UHGV virus genome: UHGV-0225074
From: a virus
Reading direction: 5' to 3' (one strand)
Length of the DNA: 64,000 bases
The notes under the pieces are model-generated. The model was not told where the DNA came from, ran no database searches, and worked only from the letters and a program-made list of their open reading frames with translations. The translations under genes were made by a program, and so were the position numbers. Shown in pieces: positions 26,426 through 35,696 of the stretch. Numbering within the stretch: position 1 is the stretch's first letter; every line of letters starts with the position of its first letter.

Positions 26426-26670
26426 AAAGCACCATCCCAGATCTCAAAAGATTCACTACCAAGCCGGGGGAGGTCATGCTCATGAATTGGACAACAACGA
26501 AATCCTTCCAGCAGGCACATTTTGTATAAATTGTAAACAAGATATAAACTGCCTTCCTTGGACATGAAGATGTAAATGCCCTGTAACCACTTCGGGTCTC
26601 TGAAGTAAATTCCATTACTCCGAGATTTCTTCAGAGCAGACTTTATCAAAACCAAATCATCGTAAATCAT
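26422..26670 (-). CDS. hypothetical protein (83 aa, start at MIYDDLVLIK)
   Basis: GAGGATAAAAAT RBS before the ATG at 26670. Confidence 0.4.
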   Translation of the reverse strand: MIYDDLVLIKSALKKSRSNGIYFRDPKWLQGIYIFMSKEGSLYLVYNLYKMCLLEGFRCCPIHEHDLPRLGSESFEIWDGAL

Positions 26671-26683
26671 ATTTTTATCCTCA

Positions 26684-26932
26684 TTAAGGCTTGGAAGGAG
26701 GGGCTGGTGGTGGACCTGGTCGCACCATTTTAGCAGAGACTGCGGAGATAATCTCTTCCCGTGTTGGATAGTAAATGCACTCATCCTCTTTTTCCTGGAC
26801 GTGCTCTGCAATCTTTGCCATTGCACTTTCTTTCGTCAAAGAGGAATTCCAAATGGTTAGCCACAGGAATCCAAAGAATTTTTCCTGCACCCACCAACGT
26901 CCACTTTGACATTTTAGCCTAAATTTATTCAT
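26684..26932 (-). CDS. hypothetical protein (82 aa, Pro-rich C-terminus)
   Basis: GGAGGGTAAAAG RBS. Confidence 0.4.
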   Translation of the reverse strand: MNKFRLKCQSGRWWVQEKFFGFLWLTIWNSSLTKESAMAKIAEHVQEKEDECIYYPTREEIISAVSAKMVRPGPPPAPPSKP

Positions 26933-27203
26933 CTTTTACCCTCCGAGCACTGTCCGGCAATGGACCGCCGTTTCTCCAGATCGTACAGGCAGCATACCCA
27001 GGTAGATCAGACCTCGATAAAAGGCACGGCACGTTGGTTGGCTCTACGTACCTTTTTCCTCTCGGAGATACAAAATACATCCATTGACCTGTTTCCTTAA
27101 CCCCGATGTCTGCCCAAGTCACTGACCATTTTGATGTCGCATACAAAGACAACTGCCTGTTTCTAAACAGCTTGAAATAAAGACTTCTAAAAAACTCAAT
27201 CAT
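26925..27203 (-). CDS. hypothetical protein (about 93 aa, start at MIEFFRSLYF)
   Basis: ATGA-coupled to a short upstream ORF in another frame. Confidence 0.35.
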   Translation of the reverse strand: MIEFFRSLYFKLFRNRQLSLYATSKWSVTWADIGVKETGQWMYFVSPRGKRYVEPTNVPCLLSRSDLPGYAACTIWRNGGPLPDSARRVKDE

Positions 27204-27342
27204 AAGAGATACCCTTAACATAACGCCAAGTTTTACGGTAATAGGCCAGCCACTTGGCAAGTTCTTCTTCACTGATACCAGATTTGCACAAATACCAGCC
27301 GTTGTCAACGCTCACCCGCCCATAGATGCAGAATTTTTTCAT
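27200..27342 (-). CDS. small protein (47 aa, MKKFCIYGRVSVDNGWYLCKSGISEEELAKWLAYYRKTWRYVKGISYD)
   Basis: AGAGGGG RBS; the ATG at 27342 overlaps the stop of 27339..27542. Confidence 0.3.
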
Positions 27343-27542
27343 GCGCCCCTCTTCATTATGAAATCGCCAACATACAAAAGCTCATCGATAGCCACTGTCA
27401 TCGCTGCCCGATTTAATGAGCCTCTCTCAAACTGGTCTCTCTTTTTCTGGTTGTTGGTGACAGCTTTGACAATATACTCAAGGATTTCTCCTCTTTCTTG
27501 TAGCCTCCCCATCTCAATCAGATCCTTCTCATATCTCCCCAT
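27339..27542 (-). CDS. hypothetical protein (67 aa); first gene transcribed leftward from the 27.6-kb divergent promoter region
   Basis: Co-oriented ORF. Confidence 0.4.
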   Translation of the reverse strand: MGRYEKDLIEMGRLQERGEILEYIVKAVTNNQKKRDQFERGSLNRAAMTVAIDELLYVGDFIMKRGA

Positions 27543-27634
27543 GATTTCTCCTTTGAAGTTGTTTTTGTATATACTACACTATGCCTGTACATGACGTCAA
27601 GATACTTAATTAGAAAAAAAAAACTCAAAAAGAC

Positions 27635-27663
27635 TTGCACATAAAAATGTGGCCGTTTATAGT
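27635..27663 (+). promoter_or_regulatory. sigma70 promoter TTGCAC-17-TATAGT driving the plus-strand island
   Basis: TTGCAC at 27635-27640; TATAGT at 27658-27663; a divergent TTGACG...TAGTAT candidate on the minus strand lies at about 27565-27600. Confidence 0.5.
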
Positions 27664-27718
27664 GTGTCTGTCGAAACGAAACGACCTAAAAATAACTTCC
27701 ATATAGGAGAAATTAAAC

Positions 27719-28606
27719 ATGGCATCTGAAATTACTAAAGCTCAAAAACAAACTTTCTCCGCAACTCATGTTCGCGGTGTCCTGGGTAAATATCCCCGCC
27801 ACAAACTGTGCAAAGATCTTATTGGTACGCAGGTAGGTGCCTTCACTGTCCGCCATTTTTACCGTCATCTGAATGGAAAGACATTGTGGTGGTGTCAGAA
27901 TAACAACAATAGCAATGAGTATATCATTCGGTCTACTAATAGCATCCATAACTCACTCAACTATCGGCGTAAATCGGCGATTACAAAAGATTCGGCTGTA
28001 TTACCACCTGAGCGAACAAATGTTGTCGGTGGGGAATGCGTAATGATCAGCCCTGACGATTCAGGTGTCATCTACGATAACAAGCTGTATCTTCCGGCGG
28101 CTTGGCTATTACGTAACGATACCTCGGGGACCTACGCCCGTCTTTATAACCGAGTAAGTGGAAAGGCCCGTTCTAAAATGCGTCGTATGGACTCCTTTGG
28201 TTGTGTTAAGTCACATCCACACCGGAAATACCGTATGCTTACGACGGAGGATATCAAAGAGGCTATCGACGGTATGGGTGGGGAGGAAGAAACCATTCGT
28301 CGTATCGAAGCATTAGAGAGTAAATTCCTTAACAAAGTACCAAAACAGGAAAGTAAGGTCAAGATTGAGGAGAATACGGTCCAAATCACTGTCGATCTCA
28401 TGGAGGTAGCGAAGGAACGTGTGCAGAATTTCTTCGAGGGACGAGAAGCCCCAGCGGAGGTAAAACAACAAATGTATAATGACCTTGTAGAGAAGATTCT
28501 TAATGACCAACAAACAATCAAGGTAATTTCTGTAGATATCGGGTCTATCGACAGAGCATTTACAACAGAATTTCAGCTGGAAAGCTTGCTAAAACAACTA
28601 AAGTAA
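27719..28606 (+). CDS. hypothetical protein (295 aa); first gene of a plus-strand island inside the minus-strand block
   Basis: TAGGAGAAATTAAAC RBS. Confidence 0.5.
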   Translation: MASEITKAQKQTFSATHVRGVLGKYPRHKLCKDLIGTQVGAFTVRHFYRHLNGKTLWWCQNNNNSNEYIIRSTNSIHNSLNYRRKSAITKDSAVLPPERTNVVGGECVMISPDDSGVIYDNKLYLPAAWLLRNDTSGTYARLYNRVSGKARSKMRRMDSFGCVKSHPHRKYRMLTTEDIKEAIDGMGGEEETIRRIEALESKFLNKVPKQESKVKIEENTVQITVDLMEVAKERVQNFFEGREAPAEVKQQMYNDLVEKILNDQQTIKVISVDIGSIDRAFTTEFQLESLLKQLK

Positions 28607-28627
28607 GATAGTATTTAAGGCGTACCG

Positions 28628-28897
28628 ATGGGTACGCCTTTTATTTTGGAGAAAATAATGACCGAGAAAGTTGAAGAACAATTCAAGTATAAGTTCAATG
28701 AAATCGTCCTCATCGATGGTCAATACGAGGCAACCATTCGAGATATCTATACCAGGACTGTCCGTAAGGACGAGGATACCGTTGAGGTCTATGTGTCTTA
28801 TCGTCTTCACGAGAAAGATTGGTGGTATGAGGAGATTCTCCCACACCGTGTACAAAAGTTGAATGGCGAACTTAACTTTGGAGATAAAAAATGCTGA
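28628..28897 (+). CDS. hypothetical protein (89 aa)
   Basis: GGAGAAAATA RBS. Confidence 0.45.
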   Translation: MGTPFILEKIMTEKVEEQFKYKFNEIVLIDGQYEATIRDIYTRTVRKDEDTVEVYVSYRLHEKDWWYEEILPHRVQKLNGELNFGDKKC

Positions 28898-29187
28898 AAC
28901 TAGAAGATAGTGGTATGCCTGATCGTAACGAGCCGGACCATAAGGTTTGTGTTGATTCCATCTGCCTGCTGTATGGGTTCTCGGAGGATAATATCCTTAA
29001 CGGTAAACGTTGCCTTGTGCTGGAGAAGACCGTCCTCGGTGTAAATGGATATTATCCTCGTAACGAATCTTGGTTTCTTTGCCACGTTGATGGACTTCCA
29101 TATCTACATGATATCCGAGCTGATCACTTGATGCACCTGGATGATTCAGATCATCTCGTGATAGAAAAGCTATCCAAAGGTCAATAA
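28891..29187 (+). CDS. hypothetical protein (98 aa)
   Basis: Overlaps the upstream gene by 7 nt; followed by a terminator. Confidence 0.45.
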   Translation: MLKLEDSGMPDRNEPDHKVCVDSICLLYGFSEDNILNGKRCLVLEKTVLGVNGYYPRNESWFLCHVDGLPYLHDIRADHLMHLDDSDHLVIEKLSKGQ

Positions 29188-29214
29188 AAAACCCGGCGCT
29201 TGCCGGGTTTTTTC
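29186..29214. terminator. bidirectional intrinsic terminator AAAAA-ACCCGGC-GCTT-GCCGGGT-TTTTT
   Basis: Perfect 7-bp stem flanked by an A-run and a T-run between convergent genes. Confidence 0.7.
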
Positions 29215-29588
29215 TATACATCTTTCAACCATTCATTCCTTTCGGTATAGATCATACGGTTTTTCTTCTTCCTGTTGAGGGTCGCAGGTATCACTTGGAT
29301 ATTATCACCACAGTTAAGGCCGGACACTTTAGTTGCCCTGAGCGGAAGCATGTGGTCTGGTTCCCACTTTATTCCAGTATCTTCACAGCGAACAGAACAC
29401 AGGTGATCAGCCTCATCCCTGACAAACTCATCCCACTCACTATGGAGGGTGGCACGTTTCTCTGCTTCAATACGAGCAAGACGGATACGAAGTTGTTCTG
29501 CCTTACCTTCCGGTGTGGAACGCCGCTGACGATCAATCTCACGACGACGGGCGGCATACTGACGATAATACTCCTGACGATCTCTCAT
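29214..29588 (-). CDS. HNH endonuclease
   Basis: ...EPDHMLPLRATKVSGLNCGDNIQVIPATLNRKKKN... matches an HNH core. Confidence 0.5.
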   Translation of the reverse strand: MRDRQEYYRQYAARRREIDRQRRSTPEGKAEQLRIRLARIEAEKRATLHSEWDEFVRDEADHLCSVRCEDTGIKWEPDHMLPLRATKVSGLNCGDNIQVIPATLNRKKKNRMIYTERNEWLKDV

Positions 29589-29600
29589 AAGAATCTCCTC

Positions 29601-30080
29601 TTAGTGCAAGGTCAGAAATACCGTCAACAGGCCGTAGAGAACTGCCGCCAGGAGAAACCAGCGGTTATTGGAATTTCTGAACCAGTCTTTTACTCGGTAT
29701 TTTACACCTAGCGTTTTCTTGTGTTCACTGATAATCCTATCCAACGATCTATAGAGATCACGAATAGAGGCTTCGAACCCTTCATAACTATCAAAGGCCT
29801 CTTCCAGATGTTCTGGATCGAGCTTCCCCATGTCTCCAACACGAAAAGTGTAAGTTGTTGGTCTTATGGTATTTGAACCCCTAGTGACATCCAGACGACC
29901 AACTTTGATAGAAAAAAGGATGCCGTTTTTGGCATCCCTTATGACGAGAACTCGTTCTTCTGTCACAGGCTCCCTTACGAGAGCGATGCAACCTTTTGAG
30001 TTTTCTATAAAACCCTTTTCCAGCAGAGTATGCCAGTGCTCTCGAAGGATAGGGTGTTCACGTACAATCTTTTGAAACAT
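29601..30080 (-). CDS. hypothetical protein with a C-terminal transmembrane anchor (159 aa)
   Basis: C-terminus RWFLLAAVLYGLLTVFLTLH. Confidence 0.45.
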   Translation of the reverse strand: MFQKIVREHPILREHWHTLLEKGFIENSKGCIALVREPVTEERVLVIRDAKNGILFSIKVGRLDVTRGSNTIRPTTYTFRVGDMGKLDPEHLEEAFDSYEGFEASIRDLYRSLDRIISEHKKTLGVKYRVKDWFRNSNNRWFLLAAVLYGLLTVFLTLH

Positions 30081-30152
30081 ACTAACCTCCTATCTTAATG
30101 ATAGATCCATTTTATCATGAAAAACAGGGTTATCATATAAGATAGGGACGAT

Positions 30153-30383
30153 TCAGCACTTAAAACTGCACTTGGGACAAGGACAAGATATTCCGTGGAC
30201 GCATAAACCAGTGCCATCTTTTCTGACACCCGTGCCACCACAATTAGGACAAGCGTCGTGCATGCATTTCACAGTTCCGGTATCACCGGGAGAAGGCCAG
30301 ACAACTTTCTTGATGCCTTGCTGCTCATAATAACGGTCTTGCAGGATCTTGGCCTGCTCTGCGGTCAGTGGTCCATAGCTCAT
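30153..30383 (-). CDS. zinc-ribbon protein (CPNCGGTG...CPCPKC)
   Basis: Cys clusters. Confidence 0.4.
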   Translation of the reverse strand: MSYGPLTAEQAKILQDRYYEQQGIKKVVWPSPGDTGTVKCMHDACPNCGGTGVRKDGTGLCVHGISCPCPKCSFKC

Positions 30384-30556
30384 ACTGTATACCCCTTACA
30401 TTGTAGCCAAACAAAGAAATCCTCCAACCAATCTTCCTGATCTCTGGTGTCGGGCCAGTTCTCAGGCTCTTCGGAGAGATTCCTGTGCATTTTATATTCT
30501 GATTGCCATTCGGAAATCAGTTCTACCATTCTACCCATAAACTCAAGCTGTCGCAT
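30383..30556 (-). CDS. small protein (57 aa, MRQLEFMGRMVELISEWQSEYKMHRNL...)
   Basis: ATGA-coupled to the downstream gene; read manually. Confidence 0.3.
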
Positions 30557-30773
30557 TTCTTCTCCTCATAACATAGTGGATTAAGGCCCCGAAGGGCCAT
30601 GCAAAACCAATGGCAAAGCAGATTTCAGACCAGTCTCGATCTGTACGGGCTTTATAAATCTGCTTCAGGACTACGTCCTTTTCCATCTTTACTGAGTATA
30701 CCACAGCAATTATCGCATATGCAACACCAAAAAGTCCTACCAGAGCTTCAATCATCCCATCTTGCTCCAGCAC
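30543..30773 (-). CDS. small membrane protein (76 aa)
   Basis: Two hydrophobic helices. Confidence 0.4.
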   Translation of the reverse strand: MLEQDGMIEALVGLFGVAYAIIAVVYSVKMEKDVVLKQIYKARTDRDWSEICFAIGFAWPFGALIHYVMRRRNATA

Positions 30774-31825
30774 ATGTCCTGAGCCGTCATGAGGACCCTT
30801 GCAAACAGGTCAAGATCCGCCATTTTAGGAAGTTGTGTCTTTTTGTACAAATCTTCCCGGATATAACGATCCTTCTCGTCAGCCCATGAGAGCAATTCGT
30901 CAAGAGTCCATTTACCTGCCCGGATGTCGAGAAGTTCCTGAGCATCAGGACGCTTCACGAGTACCTTACCCTCAGAAAGGATCTCTTCCGCCATACGCAT
31001 CAGGCGTACAAGGTGCATCGCGTGTTTGGTATCATAACCAAAGTCAACTTCGAGCTGATGACGAACTTCGTTTCGGTTCTGTTTCCATGTCCAATAGTTA
31101 CGATGCTTCTCTTTGGCCTGTTTGTGTTCCTCTGCCAAATATTTGACAATAAAGACAGGTTTTCTCCGCTTGTCAGAATCAGAAAGTTGCTGATAGTCAA
31201 CATGGCGAATTGAACCGTCAGCATTGAACATCCCTGAGCTACTGAAGTTTTCCATCACCCCATAGATATCGTTCCCATAAGGTACAAGGATACACATATC
31301 GTTGAGATTGTTCATTGCTTCCATGAAGCGATCATGTTTAATTGCCCCAGCAAGGAACTCGTTCTCACTATAGTTGTGAACTAAGCGGAAGAACTCCTTT
31401 TGCGTAGGCTTTGCCTCTGGCTGAGGATTGCTGATCCACTTATCATGACCGCGAATACGCTTAAGCTGTGCCATCGCATAGCCAGAAAAGGAGAACGCTA
31501 CCTTACTGGTCAGTAGCGCCGGAGCCATTGTGCGAAGATATTCATAAACTTCAGAGGTTTGCAGAATATCCTTATCATCGACAAACATCAGTTCGATAAT
31601 GTTGGGGTTCATCTCTGCAAACAATTTCATGAAGTTTGTCAGCTCATAAATCTTCCCATCTTCTTCATCTTTCAGTGTCTGCTCTTTGATGTTAAAGAAC
31701 GGGGTGCGAATGAATTTAGGAGGGGCGCAGAACAGACCCCGGATATCCACATCACTAGTTGGCAGATTTGTGCCATAAGCCAAACTTCCTGAGTGGCATC
31801 GCATCACTTCGAAATTTTCCATCAT
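30752..31825 (-). CDS. Pol-beta-superfamily nucleotidyltransferase (RNA-repair-associated type)
   Basis: N-terminal HSGSLAYGTNLPTSDVDIRGL (GS...D.D) nucleotidyltransferase signature. Confidence 0.5.
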   Translation of the reverse strand: MMENFEVMRCHSGSLAYGTNLPTSDVDIRGLFCAPPKFIRTPFFNIKEQTLKDEEDGKIYELTNFMKLFAEMNPNIIELMFVDDKDILQTSEVYEYLRTMAPALLTSKVAFSFSGYAMAQLKRIRGHDKWISNPQPEAKPTQKEFFRLVHNYSENEFLAGAIKHDRFMEAMNNLNDMCILVPYGNDIYGVMENFSSSGMFNADGSIRHVDYQQLSDSDKRRKPVFIVKYLAEEHKQAKEKHRNYWTWKQNRNEVRHQLEVDFGYDTKHAMHLVRLMRMAEEILSEGKVLVKRPDAQELLDIRAGKWTLDELLSWADEKDRYIREDLYKKTQLPKMADLDLFARVLMTAQDMCWSKMG

Positions 31826-31831
31826 CTCTCC

Positions 31832-32206
31832 TTAGGAGGTTACCAGTTTCATCGGGCGTTTCATATCCCAAAAGTTCAGGAGGCCCTGACACAGTTGCTT
31901 TGTGGGCAGACCATCTTTATTCATCGGGGCTTCGTCACGCAGACGGCGGATCTCTTCAAGCAGAAGGATCACCTCATCTGGATAATAACCAGTAGGCTCT
32001 TCCGCCTTGATCATACAGATACCAGGTTTCCACTTAGAAAAAGAGTAACGACTCTCGTCTTCTTTCCGGTTAGGGTATGCATCAACCAACACCTTGGCTA
32101 GCTTACCCCGGATCTGCTTTACAATGCCGGGTTTCAGTTCATTGTACCCGAAATAAATATAAACAGAGTCGCCAACCTTGAGAGTATCGCCACGAACATC
32201 ATTCAT
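31832..32206 (-). CDS. hypothetical protein (124 aa)
   Basis: Co-oriented ORF. Confidence 0.45.
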   Translation of the reverse strand: MNDVRGDTLKVGDSVYIYFGYNELKPGIVKQIRGKLAKVLVDAYPNRKEDESRYSFSKWKPGICMIKAEEPTGYYPDEVILLLEEIRRLRDEAPMNKDGLPTKQLCQGLLNFWDMKRPMKLVTS

Positions 32207-32207
32207 G

Positions 32208-32699
32208 CTATTCTCCTTTCAGTCGGAAAGATTTGATCATGGTAATCAGGTCTTTCTCCACTTGGGTATAGTTGTGGATAACATTTCCCATCTCATCACG
32301 ATACTGATTCGCAATTTGTGGACCTGACAGTTGACCTGGTCGGTATACGAGATCCGCAACTTCCATGTATTGTGGATTGTACATATACTCTGGTAGTACA
32401 ACAGCAACTGCCGTCATTGCCCCGTTAAGAGCATCCTTTTCCTCGCAGAACGAGGCCCACGGGTACGTAGCTGAAACAGGGATCAGCTTTTGACACAGGG
32501 ATTGAAGGCTTGACTGATAACCGCCATTAAGAACAATGATAGTCTTATCTTCATCAGCCCATTCCAATACTAACTTACCTGCCTTTGTCTTGGCAGGGGT
32601 GTAGTCACGGAATACCTCAGCGATCGCATGAGCGGACTGAATTCCGGCATGGATACCTGCAATATACTGATTTACTACGCAATACATACGTGTCTTCAT
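32208..32699 (-). CDS. PTH2-fold (peptidyl-tRNA hydrolase-like, DUF2000-like) protein
   Basis: IAGIHAGIQSAHAIA and KLVLEWADEDKTIIV resemble the PTH2 core; weak. Confidence 0.3.
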   Translation of the reverse strand: MKTRMYCVVNQYIAGIHAGIQSAHAIAEVFRDYTPAKTKAGKLVLEWADEDKTIIVLNGGYQSSLQSLCQKLIPVSATYPWASFCEEKDALNGAMTAVAVVLPEYMYNPQYMEVADLVYRPGQLSGPQIANQYRDEMGNVIHNYTQVEKDLITMIKSFRLKGE

Positions 32700-32914
32700 T
32701 ATTTCTTTCTCCTGTACACAACTGTACTACTATTCAGATGCTTCCCTACCCAACCACAAATGGCACATAAAATAGCTAACCACCAAAAAACACCACAGAT
32801 CAGGGAAATTAAAATATCTCCGACCCTCAGTAAATCTTGTTCACGAAGGGTGTGGTAAATTACAGCCCCTGCCATGATGATACCGAGAACAATATAAATA
32901 ATGGCAAAAATCAT
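32699..32914 (-). CDS. small membrane protein (71 aa)
   Basis: Two TM helices. Confidence 0.4.
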   Translation of the reverse strand: MIFAIIYIVLGIIMAGAVIYHTLREQDLLRVGDILISLICGVFWWLAILCAICGWVGKHLNSSTVVYRRKK

Positions 32915-33267
32915 TTCCCTTTCCTTTCCTTCACAAACTTAACCAGAAGAAACATCCCCAATCCTATGGCCGCAGTTATGGCAAGGAATATAAATGCGGG
33001 AAGAAGCATAACCCCCAGCCCTATGATTACCGGAAGGAATAAACCGCACATAACAGCTATCAACGCTGGAATTCCATATTTATCCCATACTGTGTCGTCC
33101 TCTGCACGATAAACGAGACCAACACACAATCCAGCCAAGACACTTAGAACGACAACCAGCAAGGCTGCGTTATTAAAGATAAATCTCCATATAGGGAGTA
33201 CAACGTCATCAAGATAATTCATTTTTCTATCCTTTTTTGAAGAACTCTGTGTATTTAAACATAGCAC
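32911..33267 (-). CDS. membrane protein (118 aa, 3-4 TM helices)
   Basis: Hydrophobic throughout. Confidence 0.4.
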   Translation of the reverse strand: MLCLNTQSSSKKDRKMNYLDDVVLPIWRFIFNNAALLVVVLSVLAGLCVGLVYRAEDDTVWDKYGIPALIAVMCGLFLPVIIGLGVMLLPAFIFLAITAAIGLGMFLLVKFVKERKGK

Positions 33268-33436
33268 CCTTGTAGCTTGGATGCAAGCGATAATTACAAC
33301 CTTTTTCGATACACCAATCTGTGGCCTTGTTACGCAGGGCTACTAAACCACACCAAGCACAAACTTGCTTCCCTGCATGTTTGTCCAGAAAGAAATGATG
33401 TTTCTCGTAGGTGTACTCTTCTTTGTCCTTAGGCAT
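33227..33436 (-). CDS. hypothetical cysteine-containing protein (69 aa, start at MPKDKEEY)
   Basis: GGAGGAG RBS before the ATG at 33436. Confidence 0.35.
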   Translation of the reverse strand: MPKDKEEYTYEKHHFFLDKHAGKQVCAWCGLVALRNKATDWCIEKGCNYRLHPSYKGAMFKYTEFFKKG

Positions 33437-33887
33437 TATTCTGCTCCTCCAGCCAATCCCCAAGCTCATCCCTGGTCTGTTTGAAAGACTCAAGTTCAAG
33501 CAGTTTTTCATCTTTTTCCGTGAGCCTGTCTGCCAGGTTGAAAAGTCTTGCTAACGCATGGTTGAGCAGCGTTTTCTCAAATAGGGTTGCCCAAGAAATC
33601 CCTTTAAAACTGATTGAGTGATCAGTCCCATACTCAGTTATATCGAAGATTTCCACCTTCTCTATGCGGAAAGGAAGCTCCCCATTTTTCCACACAAGAA
33701 ATTTCCTTTTCCCTTCATATGCAGTCCTAAAGTTGTTCGCCTCTTTTTCCAAGAACTTAAGGAATTCCCAAGCCGGGTAATCACATCTCGCCACAAGTCG
33801 AGCATACTCTGCCTTCGCGTCTATAGTATTCTTTGGAGAGCGTCTTATCCACCACAGGTTAAAGTCTTCGTGACTTACAAGTTTCAT
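33429..33887 (-). CDS. hypothetical protein (152 aa)
   Basis: ATGA-coupled to the CCA gene. Confidence 0.45.
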   Translation of the reverse strand: MKLVSHEDFNLWWIRRSPKNTIDAKAEYARLVARCDYPAWEFLKFLEKEANNFRTAYEGKRKFLVWKNGELPFRIEKVEIFDITEYGTDHSISFKGISWATLFEKTLLNHALARLFNLADRLTEKDEKLLELESFKQTRDELGDWLEEQNNA

Positions 33888-35131
33888 GATCTCTCCTTAA
33901 GAACATTACGGATTGCATCGATACGTGCAACACGGATCGCCTCACCGATCTCCTTGCCGCTTTTGCCTTTCTCCAGCATTGCGGAAGATACCGCCTTGCT
34001 GTCCATATTTACAACCGCCTCGAAAGCATCAAGGAGAATTTTTCCTTGCGGGTATTCCTTGTCTGCGTGGGTGGCACCGCGACCACGGGCATCGCAGAAA
34101 CAAGCGTCTGCTAAGGCAAACACCTTATCCTGTGTCTTCTGACTAGCCACGTTACCTGCGGCTTCGAAAAGCTTGATCATGGAACGTGGCTTGATTCCTT
34201 TATTATTCCCACGGCCCAAAATGCAATGCACACGAGTATGGTGCTCTGTCACGTACAGTGCAATATCCCTGAATTCGTTAGGAACTCGAATCCGACTGCA
34301 CAGCGTCCGCACAGGATCAAGACCAGCCTCTTCATGACCGTGAAGATTACCGTACTTACGGAAAGTGATCGCCTTTCCAAAGTCATGACACAGCACCGCA
34401 AATTTCACCTGAGGAGAGCAAAAGGTTTTATCGGCCTGTTGCAGACACATCAACGTATGAATGAAAGCGTCTCCCTCAGGGTGATGTTCTGGTGGTTGCT
34501 CTACTCCACGTAGGGAATCCAGTTCTGGAAGTTCGCCCATAATCGACATGTGGTAGGCGTAATTATGGAAGTTTTTGGAATTTAAGGCCTTTTCCATTTC
34601 TTTCCATTTCCGCTCAGGGCTAATCTCCGCAAGACGGTGACGATTATTAAACATAAGTGTGTATGTTTTATGGTCAACAGACCAACTCTCACCCAACTGC
34701 GACTTAAGACGGAAAAGACGCAGAATACGCAGAGGGTCATCCATGAATGCCGACGTCGTATGACGAAGAGTCATGTTTGACAGGTCATCCATACCATTGA
34801 ACGGGTCAATGATAAATCCTGTTTCCATGTCTTTAGCCATCGCATTGATCGTCAGGTCACGACGCGATAAATCCTCTTCCAGAGTTACATCCGGGCTGAA
34901 GAAGGTCTCAAAGCCAGTATGGCCTTCACCAGTTTTACGCTCAGTACGGGCCAGTGCGTATTCTTCTTTGGTTTCAGGATGAAGGTAGACAGGAAAAGCG
35001 GCGCCAACCTGGGTGAAACCTTTTTCAATCATCTCTTCGTGTGTTGCACCCACAACCACGTAATCACGGTCATGAACTGGACGACCAAGCAACCCATCAC
35101 GAACAGCGCCACCTACCAGATATACTTTCAT
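33884..35131 (-). CDS. cca: tRNA nucleotidyltransferase (CCA-adding enzyme) with an HD domain
   Basis: MKVYLVGGAVRDGLLGRPVHDRDYVV... class II CCA head; an HD motif in the C-half. Confidence 0.8.
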   Translation of the reverse strand: MKVYLVGGAVRDGLLGRPVHDRDYVVVGATHEEMIEKGFTQVGAAFPVYLHPETKEEYALARTERKTGEGHTGFETFFSPDVTLEEDLSRRDLTINAMAKDMETGFIIDPFNGMDDLSNMTLRHTTSAFMDDPLRILRLFRLKSQLGESWSVDHKTYTLMFNNRHRLAEISPERKWKEMEKALNSKNFHNYAYHMSIMGELPELDSLRGVEQPPEHHPEGDAFIHTLMCLQQADKTFCSPQVKFAVLCHDFGKAITFRKYGNLHGHEEAGLDPVRTLCSRIRVPNEFRDIALYVTEHHTRVHCILGRGNNKGIKPRSMIKLFEAAGNVASQKTQDKVFALADACFCDARGRGATHADKEYPQGKILLDAFEAVVNMDSKAVSSAMLEKGKSGKEIGEAIRVARIDAIRNVLKERS

Positions 35132-35140
35132 CTTTTCTCC

Positions 35141-35407
35141 TTAGAAATTTTCTGTGTTGATGAAGTTTACACCGTTGTGCCTCAACACGTCAATCTTTAA
35201 TTGACGGTGAAGTCGATCATATTCTTTTGTAATAGTATTGCGATCCTCTTGGTGTTTACCAAACTCATCAATTGGTCTGACATATATCACCTTTCCACGA
35301 TTATATGTACCGCATGATGTTTTTACATCGAAATTCTCTTGAAGGTCGCCCTCAAGAACAACGTAATACGGGTACAGATCGTATTTTAAAAATGCAGTTA
35401 CTTTCAT
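35141..35407 (-). CDS. hypothetical protein (88 aa)
   Basis: Co-oriented ORF. Confidence 0.4.
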   Translation of the reverse strand: MKVTAFLKYDLYPYYVVLEGDLQENFDVKTSCGTYNRGKVIYVRPIDEFGKHQEDRNTITKEYDRLHRQLKIDVLRHNGVNFINTENF

Positions 35408-35411
35408 AGTC

Positions 35412-35696
35412 TCACCACATCACGTAAGTTTTATAAATTTGGGGAAGATTGTTTTTATTCATGAAGATATCGTACTCTTCAAGACCATTTTCACCTTCAA
35501 CGAAAAATGTAAACTGGACACTGTTCCAGTGTTTTCCATGCTCATTCAGAGTTATGGCTGTGCTGCTACGATCAATAGCAACTTCAAGCACAGGGAGAAT
35601 TTCTTCCTCATCATGAGTTTTCAAAAACTCTTTTGCTCGTTTCTCATCATAAGGCCAACCCGCATTCGGGTTAGTAAGCTTTGCGTAAAGATTCAT
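35412..35696 (-). CDS. hypothetical protein (94 aa)
   Basis: Co-oriented ORF. Confidence 0.4.
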   Translation of the reverse strand: MNLYAKLTNPNAGWPYDEKRAKEFLKTHDEEEILPVLEVAIDRSSTAITLNEHGKHWNSVQFTFFVEGENGLEEYDIFMNKNNLPQIYKTYVMW

